Shown piece by piece: positions 18,786 to 30,005 of a stretch of DNA of 32,000 bases (the stretch's first letter is position 1; every line of letters starts with the position of its first letter). A program made the position numbers and the translations under genes. The stretch is from contig NZ_CP025989.1 of NCBI RefSeq assembly GCF_003072485.1, forward strand, positions 390,001-422,000, written 5' to 3'. The notes beneath the pieces are model-generated. The model did not search any database and had not been told where the DNA came from. It saw only the letters and a program-made list of their open reading frames with translations. The stretch comes from Candidatus Fokinia solitaria (GTDB lineage Bacteria; Pseudomonadota; Alphaproteobacteria; Rickettsiales; Midichloriaceae).

Positions 18786-19172
18786 TTAGCTTCGAGATCT
18801 ATGCTTATCCTTCATACGATTATTTTTCCGTAACATTAAAAATGTCACCCAAAATCCTTCTTTATTCTTATGCATGAGTGCACTTATATACATTTTAGAA
18901 ATATTACGTTTTATAATTAGATTCGTCCAAAATCCGTGAGGCTTTACAATGCCGACGATCTCCTTTTCATCATATTCGCGATCATCGTATATGATTTTTC
19001 CATCTTTCATTTTTTTAAGTGTGACATGTTGTTTTGTTTTACTCGATTCAGCAAAAATGTCTTCCTCATATGCTGCTGTTTGTTTTGCATTATATATAGA
19101 CTTTCTCAATACGTAGAATAGCGTTGATATTACTACTGCAAAGACAATCACAAGCACCGATATATGTAGCAA
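18786..19172 (-). CDS. Hypothetical protein with one N-terminal transmembrane segment
   Basis: 128-aa ORF beginning MLHISVLVIVFAVVISTLFYVL. Confidence 0.5.
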   Translation of the reverse strand: MLHISVLVIVFAVVISTLFYVLRKSIYNAKQTAAYEEDIFAESSKTKQHVTLKKMKDGKIIYDDREYDEKEIVGIVKPHGFWTNLIIKRNISKMYISALMHKNKEGFWVTFLMLRKNNRMKDKHRSRS

Positions 19173-19349
19173 ATTATACGATGCACACCATTTTATTAAA
19201 TTATAAAGCGTATTTTCTATAGAAGCAAATTACTCCGTCTATACAATGATAAAAAGTACTCTCGCATGCCAAAACAGGATTTTAGTAGACTTATGGATCT
19301 GAGTATATTACACTCCGTGCTGTAAGGTGTTTGTTTATAAGATAAGCAA

Positions 19350-19613
19350 GTGGATACTCAGAAAAAAAGAGAGATAGTTCAGCAGTACCGTTTAAGCGAG
19401 AACGATACTGGTTCTCCTGAGGTACAGTGTGCGCTATTTACTGCTAAGATACAGAGTATCATTGAGCATTTACATACAGCGAAGAAGGACTTTAGTAGCC
19501 GTAGAGGACTTGTAATGCTTGTTAATTCACGTAGAAGATTGTTGCAGTACTTAAAGAGAAAGTCCTCTATTCGCTATAGCGAACTGATTAAGAAGTTAGG
19601 TATACGTAAGTAA
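19350..19613 (+). CDS. rpsO: 30S ribosomal protein S15
   Basis: YRLSENDTGSPEVQCALFTAKIQSIIEHLHTAKKDFSSRRGLVMLVNSRRRLLQYLKRKS. Confidence 0.97.
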   Translation: MDTQKKREIVQQYRLSENDTGSPEVQCALFTAKIQSIIEHLHTAKKDFSSRRGLVMLVNSRRRLLQYLKRKSSIRYSELIKKLGIRK

Positions 19614-19689
19614 TTGTAAATTATATTTTCTAAGTGCTGGAGGCTATGGTATGATCGCACACCGAAAATAAATAGATAAAAGATATTAA

Positions 19690-22038
19690 ATGTTATCGGA
19701 ACTTTCAAAGATTCCTTTCGTGTTGTGTGATGGAGATGTGCAACTTGAAATCGGAACATTAGCCGCGCAGTCGGATTCTTCTGTAGTAGTGAAGTATGGA
19801 AATACGACTGTACTTTGCGTAGTGGTCTATTCTCAGCTAGAAAAAGACATGGGATTCTTACCATTACAAGTAAATTATCAAGAAAAATTTTACGCTTCAG
19901 GGAAAATACCTGGTGGTTTTATAAAGCGTGAAACTAAACCGAGTGAAAGAGAGATTTTAATTGCCCGTAGATTAGATAGACAAATACGTCCGTTATTTGA
20001 TTCAAGTTGCACGAAAACTGAAATTCAGATTTCATGCACTACGCTATCTTACGATCCGAAATTTGATCCTGAAGTCGCTGCATCTCTTGGAGTATCTGCC
20101 GCTTTATTACTTTCTGAGCTTCCATTTGGCGGTCCAGTTTGTATGGTAAAAGGTAAAATGTTTCAGAATGCAAGATCGGAAATCATTATAGCGTTCACTG
20201 AAACTTCAGTTGTAATGATTGAAGGAAAATTTCCAGAATGCAGTACAGACGATTTTATTTCTGCTTTAGAAAATGTCCGTACTGAATCAAATGTAAGTCA
20301 GTTCATTACCTTAATCAAAAATTTTGTACAAGAATACAAGATATATGAGGAAAAAAGCCGAAAACGAGATGTTAGCGTAAACTCTGACATAATTGAGGTG
20401 CATTCCGTGCTTATACATTCTCAACGAGTTGGTATGCAGGCAAGACTGGAGAAGCATATTGCGCTTTGCAATGAGTTGATGAAGGTGAATGATATTTCAA
20501 AATATCTAGAGCAAATATATAAATTATCGGATAAAAAAGCGCGCAAGAAGAATATGCTAATTTTGAAGAAATGCCTTATTCTTGAAATATGCAACTTATA
20601 TTCTGGTCAGTTGACTGAAAAGTCTCTTTTTAAAAATGTCAGTAATGCTGTTAAGGCTGAATTCAATGCACTTTGGGAGGAAGGACTTCCTATAGAGGCA
20701 ATTTCTCATTTCGTTGATAGATATGCTATTGAAGAAAGTTCTAGTATCATGAGAAGAAATTTGAAAAATCTCAGAACGAGATTAGACGGTAGAAAAACTG
20801 ATGAAATAAGAACGCTTACTGCATTTCACTCGTATATTCCAAGTGCACATGGTTCCGCTTTATTTTCAAGAGGAGAAACTCAAGTACTTGCTGCAGTAAC
20901 ATTAGGAGGTAAGCAAGATGAGCAGCTTTCAGAAACGATAGTAGGAAGTAATAGAGAGAATCTTATGTTGCACTATAATTTTCCTAAATGGTCAGTTGGT
21001 GAGATATCTACAAGTCCTTCTCTAAGTAGAAGAGAAATAGGACACGGAAATTTGGCATTATCGGCAATTTCTAACGTTTTATCAAATATTGGAAATTTTG
21101 ATTATACAATAAGAATAGTTGCTGATGTACTATCTTCCAATGGTTCATCTTCAATGGCTACTGTGTGTGCATCTTCCATTGCTTTAATGGATGCAGGAGT
21201 GCCAATCTCTAAGCATATTGCTGGTGTTGCAGTTGGCGTCGTGAAAATGGATGATGAATTGATTGTGCTATCTGATATAAGTGGCGATGAGGATCAATTA
21301 GGCGATATGGATTTAAAAATTACTGGCACTAAAGATGGCTTTACAGCAATTCAGATGGATATAAAAATTACCGGAGTACAATTTAGTGAGTTAAAAGTAG
21401 TACTTGATAAAGCTAAACTGTCTTTAGATAACATACTAGACTTTATGTATTCAGTAATAAGCGTGCCATCAACTTCTTCTAATAGCCCTCAGACGATTGT
21501 AGTGAAAATTCCAAAAGAAAAGATCAGAAATGTTATAGGGCAAGGTGGTTCTATGATAAAACACATATGTGCTACTTCAGGTGCCAAAGTTGATATAAAA
21601 GATACAGGTGAAGCAAAGATCCTTGGAAATGCAGATTCAATAGAAAAAGCACGACAAATGATCGTAGATATTACTAAAGATGTAGAAGTTAATCAGATAT
21701 ATGATGGCTTGATAGTAAAAGTTGTAGATTTCGGATGTTTTGTAAAATTACCTACTGGAATAGAAGGACTTTTGCATGTGAGTGAAATCCCTAAGGACGA
21801 AGCTGGTCTTTTCGTGGAAGGCTATAAGTTAAAAGTTAAAGTTATGAGAGTCGAAAATAATAGAATCTCTTTAACTGCGCTTATAGATCGCAAGAAAAAT
21901 CATTCTAAAGATGAAGAACTTGAAACGGATAACAGTAGACAAAAAGCAAAACTTAGATATCGTAAAGAAAACGCATCTCAAGAAGCTGCAGATAATGAGA
22001 ATGGAGACTCTAGCGGTAAGAAATGGAGATTTACGTAA
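19690..22038 (+). CDS. pnp: Polyribonucleotide nucleotidyltransferase
   Basis: MGFLPLQVNYQEKFYASGKIPGGFIKRE, ALFSRGETQVLAAVTLGG, KH region VRNVIGQGGSMIKHICATSGAKVDIKD-like, S1 region GLIVKVVDFGCFVKLPTGIEGLLHVSEI. Confidence 0.97.
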   Translation: MLSELSKIPFVLCDGDVQLEIGTLAAQSDSSVVVKYGNTTVLCVVVYSQLEKDMGFLPLQVNYQEKFYASGKIPGGFIKRETKPSEREILIARRLDRQIRPLFDSSCTKTEIQISCTTLSYDPKFDPEVAASLGVSAALLLSELPFGGPVCMVKGKMFQNARSEIIIAFTETSVVMIEGKFPECSTDDFISALENVRTESNVSQFITLIKNFVQEYKIYEEKSRKRDVSVNSDIIEVHSVLIHSQRVGMQARLEKHIALCNELMKVNDISKYLEQIYKLSDKKARKKNMLILKKCLILEICNLYSGQLTEKSLFKNVSNAVKAEFNALWEEGLPIEAISHFVDRYAIEESSSIMRRNLKNLRTRLDGRKTDEIRTLTAFHSYIPSAHGSALFSRGETQVLAAVTLGGKQDEQLSETIVGSNRENLMLHYNFPKWSVGEISTSPSLSRREIGHGNLALSAISNVLSNIGNFDYTIRIVADVLSSNGSSSMATVCASSIALMDAGVPISKHIAGVAVGVVKMDDELIVLSDISGDEDQLGDMDLKITGTKDGFTAIQMDIKITGVQFSELKVVLDKAKLSLDNILDFMYSVISVPSTSSNSPQTIVVKIPKEKIRNVIGQGGSMIKHICATSGAKVDIKDTGEAKILGNADSIEKARQMIVDITKDVEVNQIYDGLIVKVVDFGCFVKLPTGIEGLLHVSEIPKDEAGLFVEGYKLKVKVMRVENNRISLTALIDRKKNHSKDEELETDNSRQKAKLRYRKENASQEAADNENGDSSGKKWRFT

Positions 22039-22083
22039 GATCTTCTTTAACTGATCGGCAAGCTGCACTGAATTGATTTTTTA

Positions 22084-24462
22084 TTGAAGATAGCTGCATT
22101 TTTTATGTCTAATAATTCAAAAAGAAGAAGAATTGTTCATAAAAAGCACTTTTTACGTCTTTTGGTGCGTTTGCTGATTAATAGGATTAATAATATCTCT
22201 CTATACGGTATTATATGGTACTTTCTATGTTTCTCTATCTCGTTTTTAGTTGCTGTAGTAGCAATAAGCTCGCTGCGATTTATGATCAATTTACCAAATT
22301 ATGAGATTTTGGTTAATTATGAGCCCTCCTCCGTTACTAGAGTGTACGATGTAGAGGGAAACGTAATTGGAGAGCAAGCTATTGAATATAGAATACCTGT
22401 ATCTTTTGACGATATACCGAAAGTTGTAATAGATGCTTTCTTAGCAGCAGAAGACAAAAGCTTTTTTGAGCACGATGGCATAGACTTTACTGGTATAATG
22501 AGAGCTTTGATACAAACAGTATTTAGAGTAGGTAAAGGCAAAACTCCTGTTGGAGGTTCAACAATTACTCAGCAGATTATAAAATCAATTCTTATCGGAA
22601 GTGAGCAAACAATCTCTAGAAAAGTAAAAGAGGCAATATTAGCTTATAAAATAAGCAGTATCATCGATAAAGATACTCTTATGGAGCTTTATTTAAATTA
22701 CATTTTCCTTGGAAATAATTCATATGGTATAGTAGCAGCTGCACGTTCTTATTTTAATAAAAATCTTACTGAACTCTCATTGCAAGAAGCTGCCCTTCTC
22801 GCTGCATTACCGAAAGCACCTACTAAACTTAATCCATTTCATAATCAAGAATATGCGCTTACTAGAAGAAATTGGGTAATTCAACGAATGTATCGCGAAA
22901 ACTTTATCACAAAAAGTCAAGCAACAGCAGCTATAAATACTCCTATTACACTAGTTTCTCCCTCGAAGAATAAAGCATCTAGTGCGATGTATTACTCGGA
23001 ATATGGCAATCAAGTTTTAGAGGAAGCTAAAGTTGCGTATGGCACAGATACAATTAATGAATCAGGATTGGTAATATACTCTAATATGGAAGCTGATATA
23101 CAGCGTGCATGTGTAGATGCGCTGAATAAAGGAATAGAAAAATATAGTGCAGAAAATGGTAAGTGGCTTAATATCATAGATCACATTTCCGATTATGATG
23201 AATCATCGCCTAAGCTTGAAAAAATAGCACTATTACGTAATTTACGAGCTAAATTTTTACGTGATGATGAAGTAGTACACGATGATAATGTAATTTCAAT
23301 AGGGGTAATAGACGGAAAAACTAGTACTAATTTGTCGATATTAGCCTTGGATTCTACTGTTTTTACGATCAATTACAGCAAGGATCATAATGTCAAAGAT
23401 ACTTCATTTCGTATAGGAGACGTATTGCTGATATCGAAAGACCGAAAGAATGAGTATGCGCCATACAAAATACCACAGGTAAATGGCGCAATGGTAGTAC
23501 TTGAAAGATTTACAGGTAAGGTATTAGCTTTTTCTGGAGGATACAAAAATCCTTTGCTACAACATGATTATTTTAATCGTGCATTTTTCGCCAAAAGACA
23601 GCCAGGCTCTTTGATGAAGACTCTCATATATTTGAGTGCGCTGAGAGAAGGATATACCCTTTCCTCTATTCTTTCAGATGAGCCAATTTCTCTTGATGCT
23701 GGTGATGGCACAGTGTGGAGTCCGAAAAATTGGGATAATAAATTTATAGGAGATATATCTCTATTAGATGCATTTGCGCTATCGAGAAATACTGTTACTG
23801 TGAAGTTACTAATGCAACTTGGATTGCCTAGAGTTGTAGCACTATGTAAGCAATTTGGACTATATGATAATGAGATAGACTATTCTCGTATAGGATATTC
23901 TTTTGCGCTTGGTACTTTAGAAACAACTCTACTTAAAATTACAAATGCATATAATATCATTGCAAGTCATGGATATAAGGTGTCTCCTCAGCTAATCAAT
24001 GCAATATACGATAAAGCAGGAAACGTAATCCAACAGAATGAATATATCTCAACGAATGAATTATATACTCGTAGCATTTCAAATATCGCAGATAGTGATA
24101 GCAAAGACTATGAGCCACTTTATGATGCTTCTTTCCAGCAGGTCATAGAAAAAGATACCGCGTTACAAATGCTTACTTTGCTTCAATATGCGACAAAAGA
24201 GCGTTTTCAAAATAGTAAATTATCTAATGCAGGAGGTAAAACAGGCACTACCAATGAAAGCAAAGATGTATTCTTTATAGGCTGTGGAGATAGATATACC
24301 GTAGGAATATATATCGGATTTGATACGCCGAAAACACTAGGTAAGAATATTTACGGAAGAAATACAGCATTACCAATTTTTGTCGATTTTATGGAAAAAG
24401 TTTTGCCAAATGATACGTTATCACTTGGATACGAACCCTTTATTTTGCATTTTACTTCATGA
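22084..24462 (+). CDS. mrcA: Class A penicillin-binding protein (PBP1A-like)
   Basis: Glycosyltransferase motifs AAEDKSFFEHDGIDFTGI and GGSTITQQ; transpeptidase SLMK, SRN and KTGTT motifs. Confidence 0.92.
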   Translation: MKIAAFFMSNNSKRRRIVHKKHFLRLLVRLLINRINNISLYGIIWYFLCFSISFLVAVVAISSLRFMINLPNYEILVNYEPSSVTRVYDVEGNVIGEQAIEYRIPVSFDDIPKVVIDAFLAAEDKSFFEHDGIDFTGIMRALIQTVFRVGKGKTPVGGSTITQQIIKSILIGSEQTISRKVKEAILAYKISSIIDKDTLMELYLNYIFLGNNSYGIVAAARSYFNKNLTELSLQEAALLAALPKAPTKLNPFHNQEYALTRRNWVIQRMYRENFITKSQATAAINTPITLVSPSKNKASSAMYYSEYGNQVLEEAKVAYGTDTINESGLVIYSNMEADIQRACVDALNKGIEKYSAENGKWLNIIDHISDYDESSPKLEKIALLRNLRAKFLRDDEVVHDDNVISIGVIDGKTSTNLSILALDSTVFTINYSKDHNVKDTSFRIGDVLLISKDRKNEYAPYKIPQVNGAMVVLERFTGKVLAFSGGYKNPLLQHDYFNRAFFAKRQPGSLMKTLIYLSALREGYTLSSILSDEPISLDAGDGTVWSPKNWDNKFIGDISLLDAFALSRNTVTVKLLMQLGLPRVVALCKQFGLYDNEIDYSRIGYSFALGTLETTLLKITNAYNIIASHGYKVSPQLINAIYDKAGNVIQQNEYISTNELYTRSISNIADSDSKDYEPLYDASFQQVIEKDTALQMLTLLQYATKERFQNSKLSNAGGKTGTTNESKDVFFIGCGDRYTVGIYIGFDTPKTLGKNIYGRNTALPIFVDFMEKVLPNDTLSLGYEPFILHFTS

Positions 24463-24650
24463 AATTGTATAATGCTTGTACTTTTTATGCTATGAGTATG
24501 AGTAAAGATACCTGTAAAAAAGAACGCTTAGCACGGCAATTAAGAGAAAATTTAGTAAGAAGAAAAGAAGTAGTGCGTACGAAAAAAAGCGATGTAAATG
24601 GTATTCAAGGCACTAAGATCAAGCAAGGTGATAAAAAAGATGAGAACTGA
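24459..24650 (+). CDS. Small basic conserved-type protein (63 aa)
   Basis: Overlaps PBP stop (ATGA) and the next ORF start; LARQLRENLVRRKE resembles short basic proteins common in alphaproteobacteria. Confidence 0.5.
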   Translation: MKLYNACTFYAMSMSKDTCKKERLARQLRENLVRRKEVVRTKKSDVNGIQGTKIKQGDKKDEN

Positions 24651-25362
24651 ATCAATTGAAGGAAGTGATAATAGAAAAGTTGTGCAATTGCACTACTCCT
24701 CTATATGTCCATTCTCAAGAATGGTGAGAATTGCACTATTAGAGCAAAAATATGAAGTGCATTTAGTAGAGGAGGCTTATGTGCACGATAATCATGAGAT
24801 ACTTGCAATTAATCCACTTGGAACTTTGCCTTTTATGGTATTTCAAGGAAATGTAGTGATAAAAAATTTGTGGAGTATAATAGATTATCTCATTAATACG
24901 AATGATGCATCGCGGCACACTGTGATGCCCTCCTTCTTTAAAAATTTCGAAAGAGCGGAAATACTGTTTAACGTTGAATGGTTTTGTACAAAATTTTTTA
25001 ATGAAGTAACGCTTCCGATCATACAGCAGAAAATTATCAACTTTACCACTAGACGTGCGCCGCCTAATTCAACAAGCATAAGAAATGCTTTAAGAAATAT
25101 GCACATACATATGGAATATCTTAAGTTATCTCTTGCAGAAAGTAATTACATTGAAAGTAGTATGCCTACGATTGCGGATTACAGTGCTGCAGCACAATTA
25201 TCTATCTTGGATTATACTGGAGATATTATGTGGAATTCTATTAATAAGAGAATCAAAGGATGGTATTCATTAATAAAGTCTCGTTCTAGTTTTAGAGCGG
25301 TATTAAGAGATAGGATACTTTCTCTCTCTCCTCCATCTCATTATGAAGATCCTGATTTCTAA
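24640..25362 (+). CDS. Glutathione S-transferase/SspA-like protein
   Basis: Thioredoxin-fold N-terminus VVQLHYSSICPFSRMVRIALLEQKYEVHLVEE...NPLGTLPFMV followed by a helical C-terminal region. Confidence 0.65.
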   Translation: MRTESIEGSDNRKVVQLHYSSICPFSRMVRIALLEQKYEVHLVEEAYVHDNHEILAINPLGTLPFMVFQGNVVIKNLWSIIDYLINTNDASRHTVMPSFFKNFERAEILFNVEWFCTKFFNEVTLPIIQQKIINFTTRRAPPNSTSIRNALRNMHIHMEYLKLSLAESNYIESSMPTIADYSAAAQLSILDYTGDIMWNSINKRIKGWYSLIKSRSSFRAVLRDRILSLSPPSHYEDPDF

Positions 25363-25455
25363 TTTATTTTAAAAGAGAAATTGGAAAGATTTCTGTAATC
25401 TATGCAATTACAGCGAATTGATGTATGCTAATCACTGATCCATTGCAATTCTCTT

Positions 25456-27222
25456 ATGAGTACCATAGACGTACTAACTGCAAAAGTTAGAATCTCCGAT
25501 TACATTGGACAATTTGTTAAGCTAAGGGCTAGTAATAGAGCTGAAAAAGTTGGTCTTTGTCCATTTCATAATGAAAAAACTCCATCATTTAACGTCAATG
25601 ACGAGAAAGCAGTTTTTTACTGCTTTGCTTGTGGCGCTGGAGGAAATATTATTACGTTTGCAAGTAAGTATCATAAAGTATCAGCAGGTGAAGCGGTAAA
25701 AATGCTAGCCAAACAGTATAATATACCACTTTCTACTACTCAATCAGCAACAAAATTCAATAACTTGTACGATATTCATGATACTATCACGAATTTCTAT
25801 CATGAAAACTTACGAAAATCCAAAGTTGCACTAGAATATTTGAAAGAACGCGGCCTTAATGATGAGGTAATTGATAAATATAAGCTTGGCTATTCTTCTG
25901 GTGATATCGACGAATTACTAGATAGAGTGAAATCGCAAAATCTATCACAATACATAGATGATACAAAGATAATACATACATATAATGGAAAAAAAGTGGA
26001 TTTTTTCAGCAAAAGGATAATCTTTCCGATTATGGATACAAGAGGTCGTACTATAGGATGGGGAGGACGCACGATGTCCACTTCTCATCAGCCTAAGTAT
26101 CTCAATTCACGCGAGACCGAGCTTTTTAAAAAAAGTGATTCAATGTACGGTATGCATCATGCGCTACGTGCACTTGACGTAAAAGCATCTGACTTTTCAA
26201 GCAAGATCATTATCGTTGAAGGATATATGGATGTATTGAAGTTGGCAAGTAAGGGTATTTATACTGGTATTGCAGTGTTAGGTACTGCGATAAATGTGGA
26301 GCATGTAGTGAAAGTATGCAACATTACTAAAAGTTATCCAATAATATGTATGGATAACGATGAAGCAGGAAAAAAAGCAGCGCTAAGATTAGCTTATTCT
26401 CTAGTAAAAGTTATGTCAAAGGATGTGACTGCGGCCTTCTTCTCTGCAGGATTTGGAAAAGATTTAGATGAATTTTTACATACTAAAACTTCTTCAGAAT
26501 TACTTACAGAGATAAATAGTAATACTGTTTCCGTGTTAGATCTAATTTTTGATGATATATGCAGTACAGTGCATGCACCGTCAAAACCTGAAAGATTTGC
26601 CATGATAGATAGTAAAATCGTGGAAGTTACTCAAAATATCTCTCAGCTTAATTTTAGAAAAGACTGTATTTATTATCTGAGGGAAAAGCTATGGCATTTA
26701 AAAAGAGAAAAGAAAAATACTGAGGATTTACCGAAAAGTACCATTATAAGTAATAAAATTCAGAAACCTTTCTTTCATGAAGCAATAGTCATGGATTTAT
26801 TAGCATTTTTATCCCATAATTTGCACTATCTTAATGATGAAAGAGTGTTATCTGTACTAGAAGAATTACAGATAAGCGATGAAAAATTGCAGAAAATTAG
26901 TGAAGCAATGATAGCTTATGGAGAGCAGTATCAAAGCGTTTGCAATACTCATGAAATGAAAGAAGTTCATGCGCTTTTGACGGAAAGATTAAAACATCTT
27001 CGAGAATTTGATATAGATACTCTTCTTGGTTATTTTGCACCAAATGAATGGAGACAGAAAAAAGAAGAGTATGATAAAATTGACTCATCTCAGCCAATTT
27101 CAGATACTGTACTTGATATTGTAGAAGATTTTGTAGAATACAACTATAAACTGACCTTTAGCAATGCAAATAGTTATGCTAAAAATATAGCGATATTAAA
27201 GAAAAGAACTGATAAATTTTAA
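25456..27222 (+). CDS. dnaG: DNA primase
   Basis: Zinc-binding LCPFHNEKTPSF...FYCFACGAGGNIITF; toprim IIVEGYMDVLKLA and ICMDNDEAGKKAALR. Confidence 0.96.
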   Translation: MSTIDVLTAKVRISDYIGQFVKLRASNRAEKVGLCPFHNEKTPSFNVNDEKAVFYCFACGAGGNIITFASKYHKVSAGEAVKMLAKQYNIPLSTTQSATKFNNLYDIHDTITNFYHENLRKSKVALEYLKERGLNDEVIDKYKLGYSSGDIDELLDRVKSQNLSQYIDDTKIIHTYNGKKVDFFSKRIIFPIMDTRGRTIGWGGRTMSTSHQPKYLNSRETELFKKSDSMYGMHHALRALDVKASDFSSKIIIVEGYMDVLKLASKGIYTGIAVLGTAINVEHVVKVCNITKSYPIICMDNDEAGKKAALRLAYSLVKVMSKDVTAAFFSAGFGKDLDEFLHTKTSSELLTEINSNTVSVLDLIFDDICSTVHAPSKPERFAMIDSKIVEVTQNISQLNFRKDCIYYLREKLWHLKREKKNTEDLPKSTIISNKIQKPFFHEAIVMDLLAFLSHNLHYLNDERVLSVLEELQISDEKLQKISEAMIAYGEQYQSVCNTHEMKEVHALLTERLKHLREFDIDTLLGYFAPNEWRQKKEEYDKIDSSQPISDTVLDIVEDFVEYNYKLTFSNANSYAKNIAILKKRTDKF

Positions 27223-27246
27223 CTATTAATACTTACTTAATCATCT

Positions 27247-29061
27247 ATGCCAGGAACAAATAAAAAACTCTCAACGAAAAAAACTGAAAATTCGAAGAGT
27301 AGTAAGTCTACGCGTGCGAGAGTGCAAAATGAAAGAGATTTGGATTTCGATGATAAGCTTAAAAGTAAGATGCAGCATGGCATGGAGGAGAGTTATGAAA
27401 CTGAGGAAAGAGATGAAGATGTACCTATTAGCATTACTAAGATCTATCCAGACGAGAGAGGAAAGAATCAAGATCATGTACGATATTATCTTACTAAAAT
27501 TGCATCCACTGCTCTTCTTACAAGAGAAGATGAAACAGAGATCGCTAAGAGAATTGAACTTGCTACTGCAGAATATAGAAAGGCTTTATTGCGTCATCCA
27601 TCATTTCTGAGAGCACTTTTACAGATGATAGAAGATATAAAAGTTGGTAGTGTACAAATCGCTAAAGTAGTCGATATAGAAAGTGTAGTAGCGTATCACT
27701 CTATGCAGGACGCGACAAAACCTCTCTCAATTGATGATGACTTAGATAATGAAGATGTTGTTGATTACCATCAAATAGGAGAGCAAGACTCTCAACTGCA
27801 CAGCACGATATATCCAAAGATACTAGAGCAATTCGAAATGATGTACTCTCTTATTGATCAGGTTATAAATATGCAAAGACCTATATTACAAATGTTTCTT
27901 CAAGATAAGAAGATGAAGTTTGTTAAAAATCCGCAGTATGAAGAAGTAATTACGGAATTGTATAATATACTTTCCGAAGTGAAAATTACGGAAAGTACTA
28001 TCAATAAGATGATGCGGAAAATACAAAGTACTAACGTAAAATTGCAGGAAATTGAGAAATTAATAGCAGATTCTTTTTCTCGCTATGTAGATTCTTTATC
28101 TCGTACAGAAGTGATGGAGTTTTACGAGAGCAATATGACAGGGCAAACGCTTTCCGTAATGTATACGAAGTTCAGTAATTTTATCGATTTGTTAGATGTC
28201 GATAGTAATACTAAGAATATCCTTAAGAGTGAAATACTGGATGTGGCAATAGAAAAGATTACTATGATCGCAGAAGAGTCTTTTCTCGATATTTGGTCAT
28301 TTAAAAGAAGTCTCGTAGAGATAGAAAAGCTTTCTTGTACCGTAATAACGACAAAGAAAAGAATGATGGAAGCGAATCTTCGTTTGGTAGTATCAATATC
28401 TAAAAAGTATCTAAATAAAGGATTGAGCTTTTTGGATTTAGTACAAGAAGGTAATATAGGCTTAATGAAAGCTGTAGATAAGTACGAGTATCAAAGAGGA
28501 TATAAGTTCTCTACGTATGCTACATGGTGGATTAGGCAAGCAATTACTAGAGCAATTGCCGATCAAGCACGTACAATAAGGATCCCGGTACATATGGCAG
28601 AAAGCATAAATAAAATAACTAGAGCGGCAAAAGAGATCTCTCATCGTAATAATCGTGAAGCAACATCTGAAGAAATAGCAGAGCATACTGGAATTTCAGT
28701 CAAAAAAGTAAGAGAAATTGTAAGAATTTCAAGAGACCCTTCAAGTTTGAATGCGCCTACTAATGACGAGCAAAATGAAACAGGTAATAATATAGAAGGA
28801 GAAGTTGGAGAAAGCCCTACTACCATTGCAGCAAAAGATTGGCTTGAATACTATACCACTGTTATACTTGTACTCAATCTTACAGCAAGAGAAGAAAGAG
28901 TAATCCGAGAGCGCTTTATTATGGAAATGACTTTAGAAGAAATTGGCTTAGTACTTGGTGTAACAAGAGAAAGAGTTCGTCAAATAGAAGGAAAGGCTCT
29001 AAGAAAAATGCAAAAAACAGATAATATGAATATATCTCGCCCAATAGGAAGTGAAGTATAG
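27247..29061 (+). CDS. rpoD: RNA polymerase sigma factor RpoD (sigma-70)
   Basis: [74 protein letters not shown]; region 4 [13 protein letters not shown]...[27 protein letters not shown]. Confidence 0.97.
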   Translation: MPGTNKKLSTKKTENSKSSKSTRARVQNERDLDFDDKLKSKMQHGMEESYETEERDEDVPISITKIYPDERGKNQDHVRYYLTKIASTALLTREDETEIAKRIELATAEYRKALLRHPSFLRALLQMIEDIKVGSVQIAKVVDIESVVAYHSMQDATKPLSIDDDLDNEDVVDYHQIGEQDSQLHSTIYPKILEQFEMMYSLIDQVINMQRPILQMFLQDKKMKFVKNPQYEEVITELYNILSEVKITESTINKMMRKIQSTNVKLQEIEKLIADSFSRYVDSLSRTEVMEFYESNMTGQTLSVMYTKFSNFIDLLDVDSNTKNILKSEILDVAIEKITMIAEESFLDIWSFKRSLVEIEKLSCTVITTKKRMMEANLRLVVSISKKYLNKGLSFLDLVQEGNIGLMKAVDKYEYQRGYKFSTYATWWIRQAITRAIADQARTIRIPVHMAESINKITRAAKEISHRNNREATSEEIAEHTGISVKKVREIVRISRDPSSLNAPTNDEQNETGNNIEGEVGESPTTIAAKDWLEYYTTVILVLNLTAREERVIRERFIMEMTLEEIGLVLGVTRERVRQIEGKALRKMQKTDNMNISRPIGSEV

Positions 29062-30005
29062 CGATTCTATAGTATAAAGCGTAAGTCAGTTATGAAAAAA
29101 ATAATAAGTAAACTCTTTCACATTGAACGATTGCAAGCGAGTACGTATTTACCAAGTAAGAGAAGTTCTTATATGTTACAAGAAGAGGTATTTTAAAGAT
29201 ATATATAGAGAGGTGGTAAAAAAGTAGATATAAGCAACGTGAACTTATTCTCGAAATGCTAATTTGCTGAGAACATATGTATAATTATACAATTACGCTG
29301 TTTATCTATTTAGAAGAAAGTGCTTGAAAGTCCTTTCAATACTCGATGTTATACGTAAACAGGTTACTGGTGAATAGAAAAATCTTTGAGTAAAAAGAGT
29401 CTTATAATGAATTAGTGAATTAGCTAAGTATTCCTTTTTTATTATAAAGTAGCTAAAACTCTCTTCTCTGCAAAAGAAAGGTTATGAAGATATAGTAATT
29501 AATCTAGGAAGAATGCGAATTCTTCATACAGTTGAAAATTAGAAGTATCGCTAAAATGTGCACTTCTCTGCGATATCAGAGATTTCATCTTCATTATGGC
29601 TAAGATTATAGCAGCTATAGCTTATTGTAAAATTGCCGTTTTACTTCAGCATGGTAGTACAAAATACTCGAATTCACGCACTAAAATATGAACGATCTTC
29701 AGTAAAGTATGTGAGGAAGAATAGAAGGCTAAAAGAAGTGCCTCCGTCAATATATAGAGATCTCTCTGGGCACTATTTCATCAATAACAGCCTCAGCAAT
29801 GAGTATCCAATCTACTCGTAGATATATGAGAGAAAAATTTACATCCTCCATTATATCCTTAACACTTCTCTATAATGCTAATATCTCTACGTACTAAATT
29901 TGAGAGGAGTAGTCTCTTAGTTTGATATAAGCAAAAGAGCGCATAAAACCGAGAAAAAATTCGTCGATCTCATGACGCTAGTATGCTTTTTACTTCAAAA
30001 AGAAT

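Noticed and set aside
29633-29821. 62-aa plus-strand ORF
   Set aside because: Isolated in a gene-poor region, no recognisable motif and no operon context; could be real but not supportable.
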